Positions 6,895 to 15,601 of a stretch of 16,031 nucleotides of DNA are shown in pieces. The notes under the pieces are model-generated. The model was given only the letters and a program-made list of their open reading frames with translations, was not told where the DNA came from and did no database searches. Numbering within the stretch: position 1 is the stretch's first letter; every line of letters begins with the position of its first letter. A program made the position numbers and the translations under genes. The stretch comes from Planctomycetota bacterium (lineage in GTDB: Bacteria; Planctomycetota; Planctomycetia; Pirellulales; Thermoguttaceae), in NCBI GenBank assembly GCA_049324855.1, contig JBMOMU010000336.1, positions 1 to 16,031 of the forward strand, written 5' to 3'.

Positions 6895-8949
6895 ATGCTA
6901 GATTTTGTGGAAGCATTAACGGCCGTTATCTTGTTTGGTGTCCTCCTGGTGGCGCTCGGCGTGGTGGTCACCATCGTTCGCTGCTGGCGCAAAGTGGAGC
7001 AGGGCACCGCACTGATCATCACCGGCAGCGCGGAGCCGACGGTGCACTTCTCGCGGGCCGTGGTATGGCCGCTCATCCGCCGCGCCGAGATCATGGACAT
7101 CTCCGTCAAACGGATCGAGATCTTTCGCCGCGGCTCGGAGGGACTCAACTGCCGCGACAACGTTCGCGCCGATATCAAGGTGGCCTTCTTCGTCCGCGTG
7201 AACAACACGGCCGAAGATGTGCTCCGCGTGGCCCAGTCGCTGGGCACCACGCGGGCGTCGCAGCAGGCGGCGCTGGTGGACCTGTTCGACGCGAAGTTCT
7301 CCGAGGCCCTGAAGACGGTCGGCAAGCAGTTCGACTTTGTTGAGCTCTACACGTCGCGCGAGCAGTTCAAGAACGAGATCCTCAAGATCATCGGCCGCGA
7401 CCTGAACGGGTACATCCTCGACGACGCCGCGATCGACTACCTGGAGCAGACGCCGGTCGACGCCCTGGATCCGCGCAACATCCTCGATGCCGAGGGTATC
7501 AAGAAGATCACCGACCTCACGGCGCAGCAGCAGGTGCTGGCCAACCAGATCACGCGCGACAAAGAGAAGACGATCAAGAAGCAGGACGTTGAGGCCCGCG
7601 AGGCGATCCTCGAACTCGAGCGTCAACAGGCCGAGGCCGAGGAGAAGCAACATCGCGAGATCGCCTCGGTGATGGCCCGCGAACGGGCCGAGGCGCTCAA
7701 GGTGGAGCAGGAAGAGCGACTGCGGTCCGAGCGTGCTCGCGTGGCCACCGAAGAGGAGCTGGCGATTGCCGAGGAGAACAAGAACCGTCAGATCATCGTC
7801 GCCCTGCGCAACAAGGAACGGACGGACCGCGTCGAGATCGAGCGTGTCGAGAAGGATCGTCAGCTCGAAGTCACCGAACGCGAGCGCATCGTGTCGCTGG
7901 CACAGATCGATAAGGAGAAGGCTGTTGAGACGGAGCGGCGAAACATCCAGGAGGTGATTCGCGAGCGGGTGATGGTGGAGCGGGCGGTGGTCGAGGAACA
8001 GGAGCGGATCAAGGACACGCACGAGTTCGCCACCGCCGAGCGCGCCAAGCGTGTGGCGATTACCGCCGCCGAGAAGACGGCCCAAGAGGCCCTGGTGCGC
8101 GAGATTAAGGCCGCCGAAGCGGCCCGCGACGCCGCGGAGTTCAAGGCCCAGGAGGCAGTGACATTGGCCGAGTCGCGCCGCGCCGCGGCCGAAAAGGAAT
8201 CGGCCGGCAAGAAGATCATGGCCGAAGGCATCACGGCCGAGGAAGCCGCGCTGGGAATCGCTGAGTCGCAGGTCATCGAGCGCAAGGCGCTTTCGGAGGC
8301 CCGCGGCATCGAGGCCAAACTCACCGCCGAGGCGAAGGGCCTCGAAGCGAAGGCGGGGGCCACCGAGAAGCAGGGCACGGCCGAGGCGGCGGTGATGCAG
8401 CAGAAGTTCAATGCCGAGGCCACCGGCATCACCGAGAAGGCCAAGGCGATGAAGCTGTTCCACGAGACGGGCCAGGCGCACGAGGAGTTCAAGCTCCGCC
8501 TGCAGAAAGAGAAGGATGTGGAACTGGCCGCGATCGAGGCCCAGCGCGAGGTGGCCGAGCAGCAGGCGCAAATCATGGCCGCGGCCTTGAAGAGCGCCAA
8601 GATCGACATCGTCGGCGGCGAGGCCGAGTTCTTCGACAAGATCACCACGGCCATCGTCTCGGGCAAGACGATCGACCGCTGGGTCGGCAACAGCCAGGTG
8701 CTCACCGATATCAAGGGAACCCTGTTCAATGGCGATATGAGCCACCTGCAGGACAAGCTCCGCCGCCTCATCGGCCAGTTCGACATCAGCAGCGAAGACC
8801 TGAAGAACCTCTCCATCGCAGCGTTGATTGCGAAGCTCACTGGGCTCACCGGCGATGAGGGGCTGCGCAAGGAACTTTCGCAGATCCTCAGCACGATGCG
8901 GGCCTCGGGCATGGCCGACGGCCCGGCGGCCGCGCTTCGGGAGTCCTGA
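6895..8949 (+). CDS. Flotillin-like SPFH/band-7 protein (FloT/YqiK family) with an extended Glu/Ala-rich coiled coil
   Basis: AGGGGG at 6880-6885 lies 9 nt before the ATG. There is an N-terminal membrane hairpin (LTAVILFGVLLVALGVVVTIV). The SPFH core (GTALIITGS...VVWPLIRRAEIMDISVKRIEI...ADIKVAFFVRV) is present. An EA/KR heptad region of about 400 aa follows. The protein is 684 aa, against about 500-550 for FloT/YqiK. Confidence 0.85.
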   Translation: MLDFVEALTAVILFGVLLVALGVVVTIVRCWRKVEQGTALIITGSAEPTVHFSRAVVWPLIRRAEIMDISVKRIEIFRRGSEGLNCRDNVRADIKVAFFVRVNNTAEDVLRVAQSLGTTRASQQAALVDLFDAKFSEALKTVGKQFDFVELYTSREQFKNEILKIIGRDLNGYILDDAAIDYLEQTPVDALDPRNILDAEGIKKITDLTAQQQVLANQITRDKEKTIKKQDVEAREAILELERQQAEAEEKQHREIASVMARERAEALKVEQEERLRSERARVATEEELAIAEENKNRQIIVALRNKERTDRVEIERVEKDRQLEVTERERIVSLAQIDKEKAVETERRNIQEVIRERVMVERAVVEEQERIKDTHEFATAERAKRVAITAAEKTAQEALVREIKAAEAARDAAEFKAQEAVTLAESRRAAAEKESAGKKIMAEGITAEEAALGIAESQVIERKALSEARGIEAKLTAEAKGLEAKAGATEKQGTAEAAVMQQKFNAEATGITEKAKAMKLFHETGQAHEEFKLRLQKEKDVELAAIEAQREVAEQQAQIMAAALKSAKIDIVGGEAEFFDKITTAIVSGKTIDRWVGNSQVLTDIKGTLFNGDMSHLQDKLRRLIGQFDISSEDLKNLSIAALIAKLTGLTGDEGLRKELSQILSTMRASGMADGPAAALRES

Positions 8950-8955
8950 TAGCTC

Positions 8956-11900
8956 ATGGCCTCCGACGCGACCCAGCCCGGCACTGCTGTGCCCGCTGCG
9001 GCCTCAGGCGCCCCGGCGCCGGGGGGCAACATCGAGCACGGCGCCTACGAAATCATCCGCAACCGCCTCAGCGCAGCGGGGCGGGAACTCCGCGCCCGGC
9101 TCAAGAAGCTCAATGCGGCGCGGAAGGATGTCTTCGGCGCCATCGAGACGAAGCTGCTGGCCACAGAGCGGGTGACAACAAGCAACAACTGTGTGCCCCG
9201 CGATATCACCGCCGTCGGCGACCGCTTCGTGTTCGGCTACAACGTGATGATTGGGCTGAAGTCGGTCACGACGGTCGACGACGTCTTCTCGATCTACCGT
9301 TTCCACGACACGTCGTTTGCGCCCCAGCCGCTCGGGCTGATCGACGACCCGCAGTTCCGGCGGGACTTTGAAGAGCTCTTCAAGTATTACCGCAACACGC
9401 GGTTCGCCAAGTTCGCCAACATTGGGCCGCACCTCTTCATGGTGTTCCGCACGGGGCCTGATGTGCGCGACATCAAGACGTTCAAGTGGCGACGGGAGGA
9501 CGAGCGGATCGTCTATCTCGACAACCGCAGCGACCATGAGCTGCGCTACCCGCCGCAACACGACTTCACCTGGACGCGGACGCACCGCGACATGCATCGC
9601 ACGGGGCGCTTTCCGCACATCAATATCGAGGATCGCCTCTTCGTGGAGACGATTGGCGGCGATCTGACGATCAAGGTCGAAGACAACACCGAAAGCGGCG
9701 AGGGGATCTACAGCGAGCCGGTCGACAACCCCGACCAGACGCTCGACGACGCCGAGATCTTCTACGCCGTCGTCGGCAACCTGGTGCTGCTCAAGATCCG
9801 CCCCTACCAGGAAGAAGATTTCCGCCACTTCGTCTACAGCGGCAAGACTCGCAAGGTTCACCGCATCGACTCCATCGAGCAGGCCTGTGTGCTCCTGCCC
9901 GAGGACCACGGCCTGATCTTTTCGAACGGTTACTTTCTGCAGACCGGCGAGTACAAGACGTTCGAGCACGGCGTAAGTGAGCTTCTGTTCCGTGATCGCA
10001 TCGCCGCGCCCAACGGAGAAGATTTCCTCTACGTGTTCTTCAACCGCATCGAGGGGGTCTACGTCCTTCTGCCGTACAATCTCATCGAGCAGCAGGTGAA
10101 GCTGCCGGTGATCTGCAACGGCTACTCGCTCTTCGAAGACGGGCGGATGATCCTCTTCAAGGGCAGCCCCGAACCGCAGAAGCATCACACGCTGCAGATC
10201 TGGCAGACGCCCTACGTGGGGCACGATTACCAGCCGCCTACGAAGTCGGATTCGTTCCTCTTCAAGATCGGCAATCGCGACATCGTCCGCGGCATGGCCG
10301 AGTGCCACGAGGTGCTCGGGCTGATCGCCAAAGAGGACAGCTACGTCGGGCTCTTCGTCGACCTGACGAAGACCGTGGGCGACCTGCTCGACAGCTACCA
10401 CTGGCTGGGCAGTCCGGAGGCCTTCGATCTCCGCTCCGTGCTCGAGCAGATCAAGGAAGCCGCTCAGGCGGCGATCGGGGAATACGAAAAGGTCGAGAGC
10501 GTGCGCCGGGCCACCGACGCCGAGACGCGCAAGGTCTCCGCGCGGGCGAAGGAGATTCTTGCATCGGTCCGCGCACGGCGCTTCGAGGTGATCGGCGACT
10601 TCGTCACTTCGCTCACCGACCTGCGGACGGTGCGTGGCGAGATCATCGCGCTGAAAAGTCTTCGCTACGCAGATACGGCCCGGATCGATGCCTTGGATAA
10701 CGAAATCGCCGAAAACGCCCAGCGGGTTTCTTCGCAGTGCGTGCTGTTCCTCTTGCGACCGGAATCGTTGCAGCCCTACCAGGCGGCGGTCGACGAGCAG
10801 CGCGCGGCGATCCCGGGCCTGCGCACCGTGGCCGAGGCGAAGGATCTGCAGGATCGGGTCGCGCGCTCCACGGGCGAACTCGAAATGCTCATCGACGTGG
10901 TGAGCAATCTGAAAATCGACGACGCCACGCAACGCACTGCGATTATCGACGGCATCTCCGGTGTGCTCTCGCAGTGGAATCAGGTGCGGGCCGCGCTCCG
11001 CACCCGCCGCGACGAATTGATGCGCACCGAGGGCGCGGCGGAGTTCGCCTCGCAGGTCAAGCTGCTGCAGCAAGGCGTGCTCAGCTACCTCGACGTATGC
11101 GACACACCCGAGCGCTGCGAAGAGTATCTGACCAAGATGATGGTGCAGGTCGAGGAACTCGAAGGGCGCTTCGCGGAGTTCGACGAATTCCTCGTGCAGC
11201 TCACAGAGAAACGCGAGGAAATCTACAACGCCTTCGAGACCCGGCGGGTGCAACTGGTCGAGGCCCGCAGCCGGCGCGCCACAGCGCTGGCGGCAGCGGC
11301 AGAGCGGATCCTGAAGGGCGTGAAGGTGCGGATCGACGGACTCAAGTCGGTGGGCGAGATCCACGGCTACTTCGCCGGCGACCTGATGATCGAAAAGATC
11401 CGCGACATCGTCCGCCAACTGGGCGAATTGGGCGACACGGTCAAGGTCGACGACATCGAGAGCCGGCTCAAAACGATCCGGGAAGACGCCGTCCGGCAAC
11501 TGAAGGACCGCCAGGACCTGTACGAAGACGGCGAGAACGTCATCCGGCTCGGAAACCGGCGGTTCAACGTCAATCGCCAGACGTTCGACCTGACGACCGT
11601 CTTCCGCGACGGCGAACCCTATTTCCACCTCACCGGCACCGGCTACTTCGACCGCATCGACGACGCGGAGCTGCTTGCCACCCGCAACGTCTGGTCGCAG
11701 GAGGTAATATCGGAGAATGGCGAGGTCTACCGGGCGGAGTATCTGGCGCAGCGGATGCTCGAGTCGCTGGGCAGCGGCGAAGTGCCCGAGGCCGCACAGC
11801 TCTTGAAGCTGTCGGATGCGGAGCTGCTCGAAACGGTGCAGCGGTTCATGGGGCCGCGATTCGCCGAAGGGTACGTGAAAGGCGTGCACGACCACGACGC

Positions 11901-14478
11901 CGCGAAGCTTCTCAGGGCACTCCTGGATATTGATTCAAAGGCCGGGCTCTTGCGGCATCACCCGCGCGCGCGGGCGTTGGCCAGGCTATTCTGGCGGCAA
12001 CTGGCCGACGAGGCGCAGCGCGCTGCCATTGCCGCGCATATTCGCGGATTTGGCCGGGTGCGGGAGGTGTTTCCAGATGCCGATCCGCAGGCGTTCTACC
12101 TCGCTGAACTGCACCGTTTGATCGCCGAGTTCGTGGCAGAGTCGAAGACGTTTCCCGATTACCTGGTGGAGCCGGCGGCGGCGTATCTCTTCGAGGAGCT
12201 CAGCAGCGGCGACTCGTTCGTCGTTAGCGCGGCGGCGCGCGACCTTTACCGCGCATTTCACGAGCACCTCAAGCAGCGATTCGCCGCAGAGGCGTTCAGC
12301 AAGTCGCTGGCCGACGTGAAACAACACACGAGCCGCGCCTTCGCGCTGGCGCGCGACTGGCTGGGGGCGTTTGCGGAGTCGCTCGGCAGCGCTGCGGCGG
12401 CTGACTACGTCGACGAAACGGCTCTGATGCTGCTCGATGGCGGATTCGACCTCGCGCGCGTGGTCGAGGTGGAGACCACGCGCACGATTGCCGGCATGCA
12501 AGGCAACCACGCGGTGATCGAGAAGGGGACGTACGCGCTCAACTACCACGCCTTCCGGCTCAAGCTCCGCCGCTTCGACCAGGAGACGGTGCCCAAGTTC
12601 CAGGCCTTCGCCCGGCGGAAGCAGGAACTGCTGGCCGTCGAGCGGAAGCAGATGCGGCTCGACGAGTTTCGCCCTCGCGTGCTCACCTCCTTCGTCCGCA
12701 ACCGCCTGATCAACGACGTTTACCTGCCGCTGATGGGCGACAACTTTGCCAAGCAGGTGGGCGTGGCGGGCGACGAGAAACGCACCGACCGGATGGGCAT
12801 GCTGCTGCTGATTTCGCCGCCCGGCTACGGCAAGACCACGCTCATGGAGTACGTGGCCAATCGGCTGGGGCTCGTGTTCATGAAGATCAATGGGCCCGCG
12901 TTGGGCCACCAGGTCACGTCGCTCGACCCCGGGCAGGCCCCCAATGCCGCCGCCCGCGAGGAGATCAACAAGCTCAGCCTGAGCTTCGAGATGGGCGACA
13001 ACGTAATGATCTACGTCGACGACATCCAGCACTGCCACCCGGAGTTCCTGCAGAAGTTCATATCGCTCTGCGACGCGCAGCGAAAGATCGAGGGCGTGTG
13101 GCGGGGACAGACGCGGACCTACGACTTCCGCGGCAAGCGGGTGTGCGTGGTGATGGCCGGCAACCCGTACACGGAAAGCGGCGAGAAGTTCAAAATCCCC
13201 GACATGCTTGCCAACCGCGCCGATATCTACAACCTCGGCGAGATCATCGGCGGAAACGCGGACGCCTTCCACTTGAGCTACCTGGAGAACGCGCTCACCT
13301 CGAACCCCGTGCTGGGCAAGCTTGCCGCGCGAAGCCAGGCCGATGTGTATGCCCTCATCCGCATGGCGGAGGGCGCGACCGAAGGCGTGGAACTGGAAGG
13401 AAGCTACGCCGCGGCCGAAGTGGGCGAGATGGTCACGGTGATGCAGAAGCTGATGCGCGTGCGCGACATCGTGCTCAAGGTCAACGCCGAGTACATCCGC
13501 TCGGCCGGCACGAGCGACGAGTACCGCACCGAGCCGCCCTTCAAGCTGCAGGGCTCGTACCGCAACATGAACCGTGTTGCCAGCCGCGTCGTGGCGATCA
13601 TGAACGATCGTGAGCTCGATACGCTCATCCTCGACAACTACCAGAACGACGCGCAGACGCTGACCACCGGCGCGGAGTCGAACTTGCTCAAGTTCAAGCA
13701 GCTCTGCGACTGGCTCACGCGTGAGGAGGCCGAGCGCTGGGAGCAGATCTGCCGCACCTATACCCGCAACGTGCAGATGCGCGGCATCGGCGACGACGAA
13801 AAGTTCGGCCAATTGGTGGTGCAGCTCACGGGCTTCAGCGACGGACTGCACGCGATTCAGAAGGCGGTGGGCCGCGGTGTGGAGGCGATGCTCGAGGAGG
13901 AGCGGCGCCAGAAGTCCCAAGCCGCGCAGCCTGTTGTGGCATCGTTCGACGGCGATACGGCGGCTGTGCTCAAATCGCTGCTGGAGAGCCTTCGCGCAAA
14001 CAACGGTGAAGAGCATGTGGTCCGTGCGGAGCTCGAGCCGGCCACGCTCGATGCGCTCCGCGGGCTGCTGGCCGATCTGCAGAAGGTGTGGGCCAATTCT
14101 GCTGCGTCAATCACGGCGACGGCCGATGAAGCTGCCACGCAAACAGCCGGCGCGCCCGATGCACCTGCCGTCCCAAGTGCGCCGCCGGTTCAGATCGTCA
14201 ACCGCGTGCCGGCCACGATCCTCAATGTACTCAGGCACCAATTCCGGCTTATGCAGGGTTGGCTGGAGCCGCTCGAGCGACGCAGCAGCCAGCAGGCCGA
14301 ACAGATCGAGCAGCTTAAGCAGATTCTGAAGCAAACAGCCGGGCAGTACCAGACGCTGATTGGCCTGCTCGAAGAAGCTGCCCAGAGGAAGGAAGCGGTG
14401 ATCGACGTGATTGCACGCGATCAGGCGGAATCGAAGCGGAGCGCCGGCAAGAAGCGCGGGCCGAAGCAGGAGCCGTAG
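8956..14478 (+). CDS. Giant (1840 aa) multidomain protein with an unknown N-terminal domain, coiled coils and a C-terminal MoxR/AAA_5-like AAA+ ATPase. It starts 6 nt after the flotillin stop.
   Basis: GGGAG at 8939-8943 precedes the ATG at 8956, which sits 6 nt after the flotillin TGA (8947-8949). The composition is normal (K/E/D/I/F/Y-rich) across all 1840 codons. Walker A (LLISPPGYGKTTL) is at nt 12814-12840. Walker B (MIYVDDIQH) is at 13006-13031. The sensor/MoxR-like segment (VCVVMAGNPYTESGEKFKIPDMLANRADIYNL) starts at 13153. No TM segments are apparent. Confidence 0.8.
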   Translation: MASDATQPGTAVPAAASGAPAPGGNIEHGAYEIIRNRLSAAGRELRARLKKLNAARKDVFGAIETKLLATERVTTSNNCVPRDITAVGDRFVFGYNVMIGLKSVTTVDDVFSIYRFHDTSFAPQPLGLIDDPQFRRDFEELFKYYRNTRFAKFANIGPHLFMVFRTGPDVRDIKTFKWRREDERIVYLDNRSDHELRYPPQHDFTWTRTHRDMHRTGRFPHINIEDRLFVETIGGDLTIKVEDNTESGEGIYSEPVDNPDQTLDDAEIFYAVVGNLVLLKIRPYQEEDFRHFVYSGKTRKVHRIDSIEQACVLLPEDHGLIFSNGYFLQTGEYKTFEHGVSELLFRDRIAAPNGEDFLYVFFNRIEGVYVLLPYNLIEQQVKLPVICNGYSLFEDGRMILFKGSPEPQKHHTLQIWQTPYVGHDYQPPTKSDSFLFKIGNRDIVRGMAECHEVLGLIAKEDSYVGLFVDLTKTVGDLLDSYHWLGSPEAFDLRSVLEQIKEAAQAAIGEYEKVESVRRATDAETRKVSARAKEILASVRARRFEVIGDFVTSLTDLRTVRGEIIALKSLRYADTARIDALDNEIAENAQRVSSQCVLFLLRPESLQPYQAAVDEQRAAIPGLRTVAEAKDLQDRVARSTGELEMLIDVVSNLKIDDATQRTAIIDGISGVLSQWNQVRAALRTRRDELMRTEGAAEFASQVKLLQQGVLSYLDVCDTPERCEEYLTKMMVQVEELEGRFAEFDEFLVQLTEKREEIYNAFETRRVQLVEARSRRATALAAAAERILKGVKVRIDGLKSVGEIHGYFAGDLMIEKIRDIVRQLGELGDTVKVDDIESRLKTIREDAVRQLKDRQDLYEDGENVIRLGNRRFNVNRQTFDLTTVFRDGEPYFHLTGTGYFDRIDDAELLATRNVWSQEVISENGEVYRAEYLAQRMLESLGSGEVPEAAQLLKLSDAELLETVQRFMGPRFAEGYVKGVHDHDAAKLLRALLDIDSKAGLLRHHPRARALARLFWRQLADEAQRAAIAAHIRGFGRVREVFPDADPQAFYLAELHRLIAEFVAESKTFPDYLVEPAAAYLFEELSSGDSFVVSAAARDLYRAFHEHLKQRFAAEAFSKSLADVKQHTSRAFALARDWLGAFAESLGSAAAADYVDETALMLLDGGFDLARVVEVETTRTIAGMQGNHAVIEKGTYALNYHAFRLKLRRFDQETVPKFQAFARRKQELLAVERKQMRLDEFRPRVLTSFVRNRLINDVYLPLMGDNFAKQVGVAGDEKRTDRMGMLLLISPPGYGKTTLMEYVANRLGLVFMKINGPALGHQVTSLDPGQAPNAAAREEINKLSLSFEMGDNVMIYVDDIQHCHPEFLQKFISLCDAQRKIEGVWRGQTRTYDFRGKRVCVVMAGNPYTESGEKFKIPDMLANRADIYNLGEIIGGNADAFHLSYLENALTSNPVLGKLAARSQADVYALIRMAEGATEGVELEGSYAAAEVGEMVTVMQKLMRVRDIVLKVNAEYIRSAGTSDEYRTEPPFKLQGSYRNMNRVASRVVAIMNDRELDTLILDNYQNDAQTLTTGAESNLLKFKQLCDWLTREEAERWEQICRTYTRNVQMRGIGDDEKFGQLVVQLTGFSDGLHAIQKAVGRGVEAMLEEERRQKSQAAQPVVASFDGDTAAVLKSLLESLRANNGEEHVVRAELEPATLDALRGLLADLQKVWANSAASITATADEAATQTAGAPDAPAVPSAPPVQIVNRVPATILNVLRHQFRLMQGWLEPLERRSSQQAEQIEQLKQILKQTAGQYQTLIGLLEEAAQRKEAVIDVIARDQAESKRSAGKKRGPKQEP
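12748..13260 (+). other. AAA+ ATPase module (about aa 1265-1435) of the giant protein, MoxR/AAA_5-like
   Basis: GYGKTT P-loop. A hhhhDD Walker B followed by the HCHPEFL segment. The AGNP...G...IPDMLANRADI segment parallels the MoxR ATQNP...G...LPEAQLDRF box. Confidence 0.65.
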
Positions 14479-14515
14479 GCCAGGGAGTGGCTCGTGGCTG
14501 GTGGCTAGGAAGTAG

Positions 14516-14535
14516 GGTGCGTGCTTGCACGCACC
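14516..14535. terminator. GC-rich hairpin GGTGCGTG-cttg-CACGCACC between convergent genes (possible bidirectional terminator; no U-tract)
   Basis: A perfect 8-bp stem with a 4-nt loop. It lies 38 nt after the + gene stop and 50 nt after the - gene stop. Confidence 0.25.
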
Positions 14536-14584
14536 AAGAGGTGGGGCGTGCAACGCGCCAGAACTTCTGGATTCCCCCACCGAT

Positions 14585-15601
14585 TTACGCCCGCCAGGGG
14601 CGTTCTCGACTTTGCTCGCGGCGGACGATCTGCTCCACCAGCTCACAGTTCTGCTTCATCTGGAAGTCGAACATCCCCACGGCGATGAAGTCTGCTCCAC
14701 TGCGGAAGGCGTGGGTGAAGCCCTCGCGCGGCCGGATGGCGCCAGCAGCAAGCACCTTGAACGCGATCCAGGGCTTCTCGACCGTCTTCATGAACTCCAC
14801 CACTTCCTCGGCGTTGATGCACCACTGGTTGTCGAACCAGCCCTCACTCTTTTCCATCCACATGAAGTCCTTCTGAAGATGCTTGAGTGTGGCCGAAGGG
14901 TAGTCGTCGGTGTGTAGCGTCTTCACGTAGAAATCGCAGGGCACACCGAGCTTCTCGCAGGCGACGGGCACTTTGAGCGAATGGCTGCCCACGCCCACCG
15001 GCAGGCCATGCTTCTTGGCCATCTCGACGGCGCGCCCGATCTCCTCGTAGGCGCCGGCCATGGCCAGGGTGTCGCTCGACACGCCCCAAACATAGAGCGC
15101 CACCGCGCCGGTATCGATCTGTTGTTGGATATGGCTGGCCAGTTCGGCGTCGCTCTCTCCCTGGCGGACCTCGATATGCGGAATGATCTGCAGTTTGCCG
15201 CCGCGCTCGTGGTTGTAGCGGTTGACGACCGCCGCGCCGCTCTCGAACACGGTGTTGATGCCGTACTGTTCGGCCAGTGCGAAGGTCTCGAAGAGTTTTT
15301 CCTCGTTGACATAGGCGCGGAAGAGTGAGTTTACATACTGCAGGCCGCGGGCGTGCATGCCGCCGGAGACGAGGTTGCCGCCCAAGAGCATGCGGCTGAG
15401 GCGCACGTCGCCGATCATGCCGTAGGGCATTGGGGGGACATTCTCGCCGGTCGCGGCAGTCGTGGCGGCAGGCTGCCTGGCGGGCGGAGGGGTCTCGGCC
15501 GCTGCCGCACCGCCGGCAAGGGAGGCCGCACCTGCTGCACCCGCGGCCGCGAGCGTGCGGCCCAAGAAACCTCGACGATCAACGTGCGGCTGGTCGGACA
15601 T
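14585..15601 (-). CDS. Tat-signal-bearing hypothetical protein, possibly a (beta/alpha)8-barrel sugar-phosphate isomerase/epimerase-like enzyme
   Basis: The start was chosen at the ATG at 15601-15599, with GGAGA 7 nt upstream on the - strand. The N-terminus has MSDQPHVDRRGFLGRTLAAAGAAGAASLA (twin-arginine motif). An Ala/Pro/Thr-rich linker follows. The C-terminal ...SGADFIAVGMFDF resembles barrel phosphate-binding ends. The family was not recognised with confidence. Confidence 0.65.
   Translation of the reverse strand: MSDQPHVDRRGFLGRTLAAAGAAGAASLAGGAAAAETPPPARQPAATTAATGENVPPMPYGMIGDVRLSRMLLGGNLVSGGMHARGLQYVNSLFRAYVNEEKLFETFALAEQYGINTVFESGAAVVNRYNHERGGKLQIIPHIEVRQGESDAELASHIQQQIDTGAVALYVWGVSSDTLAMAGAYEEIGRAVEMAKKHGLPVGVGSHSLKVPVACEKLGVPCDFYVKTLHTDDYPSATLKHLQKDFMWMEKSEGWFDNQWCINAEEVVEFMKTVEKPWIAFKVLAAGAIRPREGFTHAFRSGADFIAVGMFDFQMKQNCELVEQIVRREQSRERPWRA

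Noticed and set aside
6916-9032. Antisense ORFs over the flotillin gene (609 aa at 6916-8745 and 390 aa at 7860-9032, - strand)
   Set aside because: Leu/Arg/Gly- or Ser/Ala-rich shadows of the GAG/GCC-rich coiled-coil codons. There is no RBS or domain signal.
10737-11933. 398-aa + strand ORF in an alternative frame inside the giant gene (also 13098-13613 and 13721-14329)
   Set aside because: Arg/Gly/Pro-rich off-frame translation of the same strand. It overlaps the bona fide frame completely.
9004-14016. Very long antisense ORFs inside the giant gene (963 aa at 9004-11895 and 676 aa at 11986-14016, both - strand)
   Set aside because: Their translations are Arg/Leu/Ala/Gly/Val/Pro-dominated low-complexity strings with no motifs. 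These are typical stop-poor antisense frames of a high-GC coding region. The + frame has balanced composition and in-frame Walker A/B motifs.
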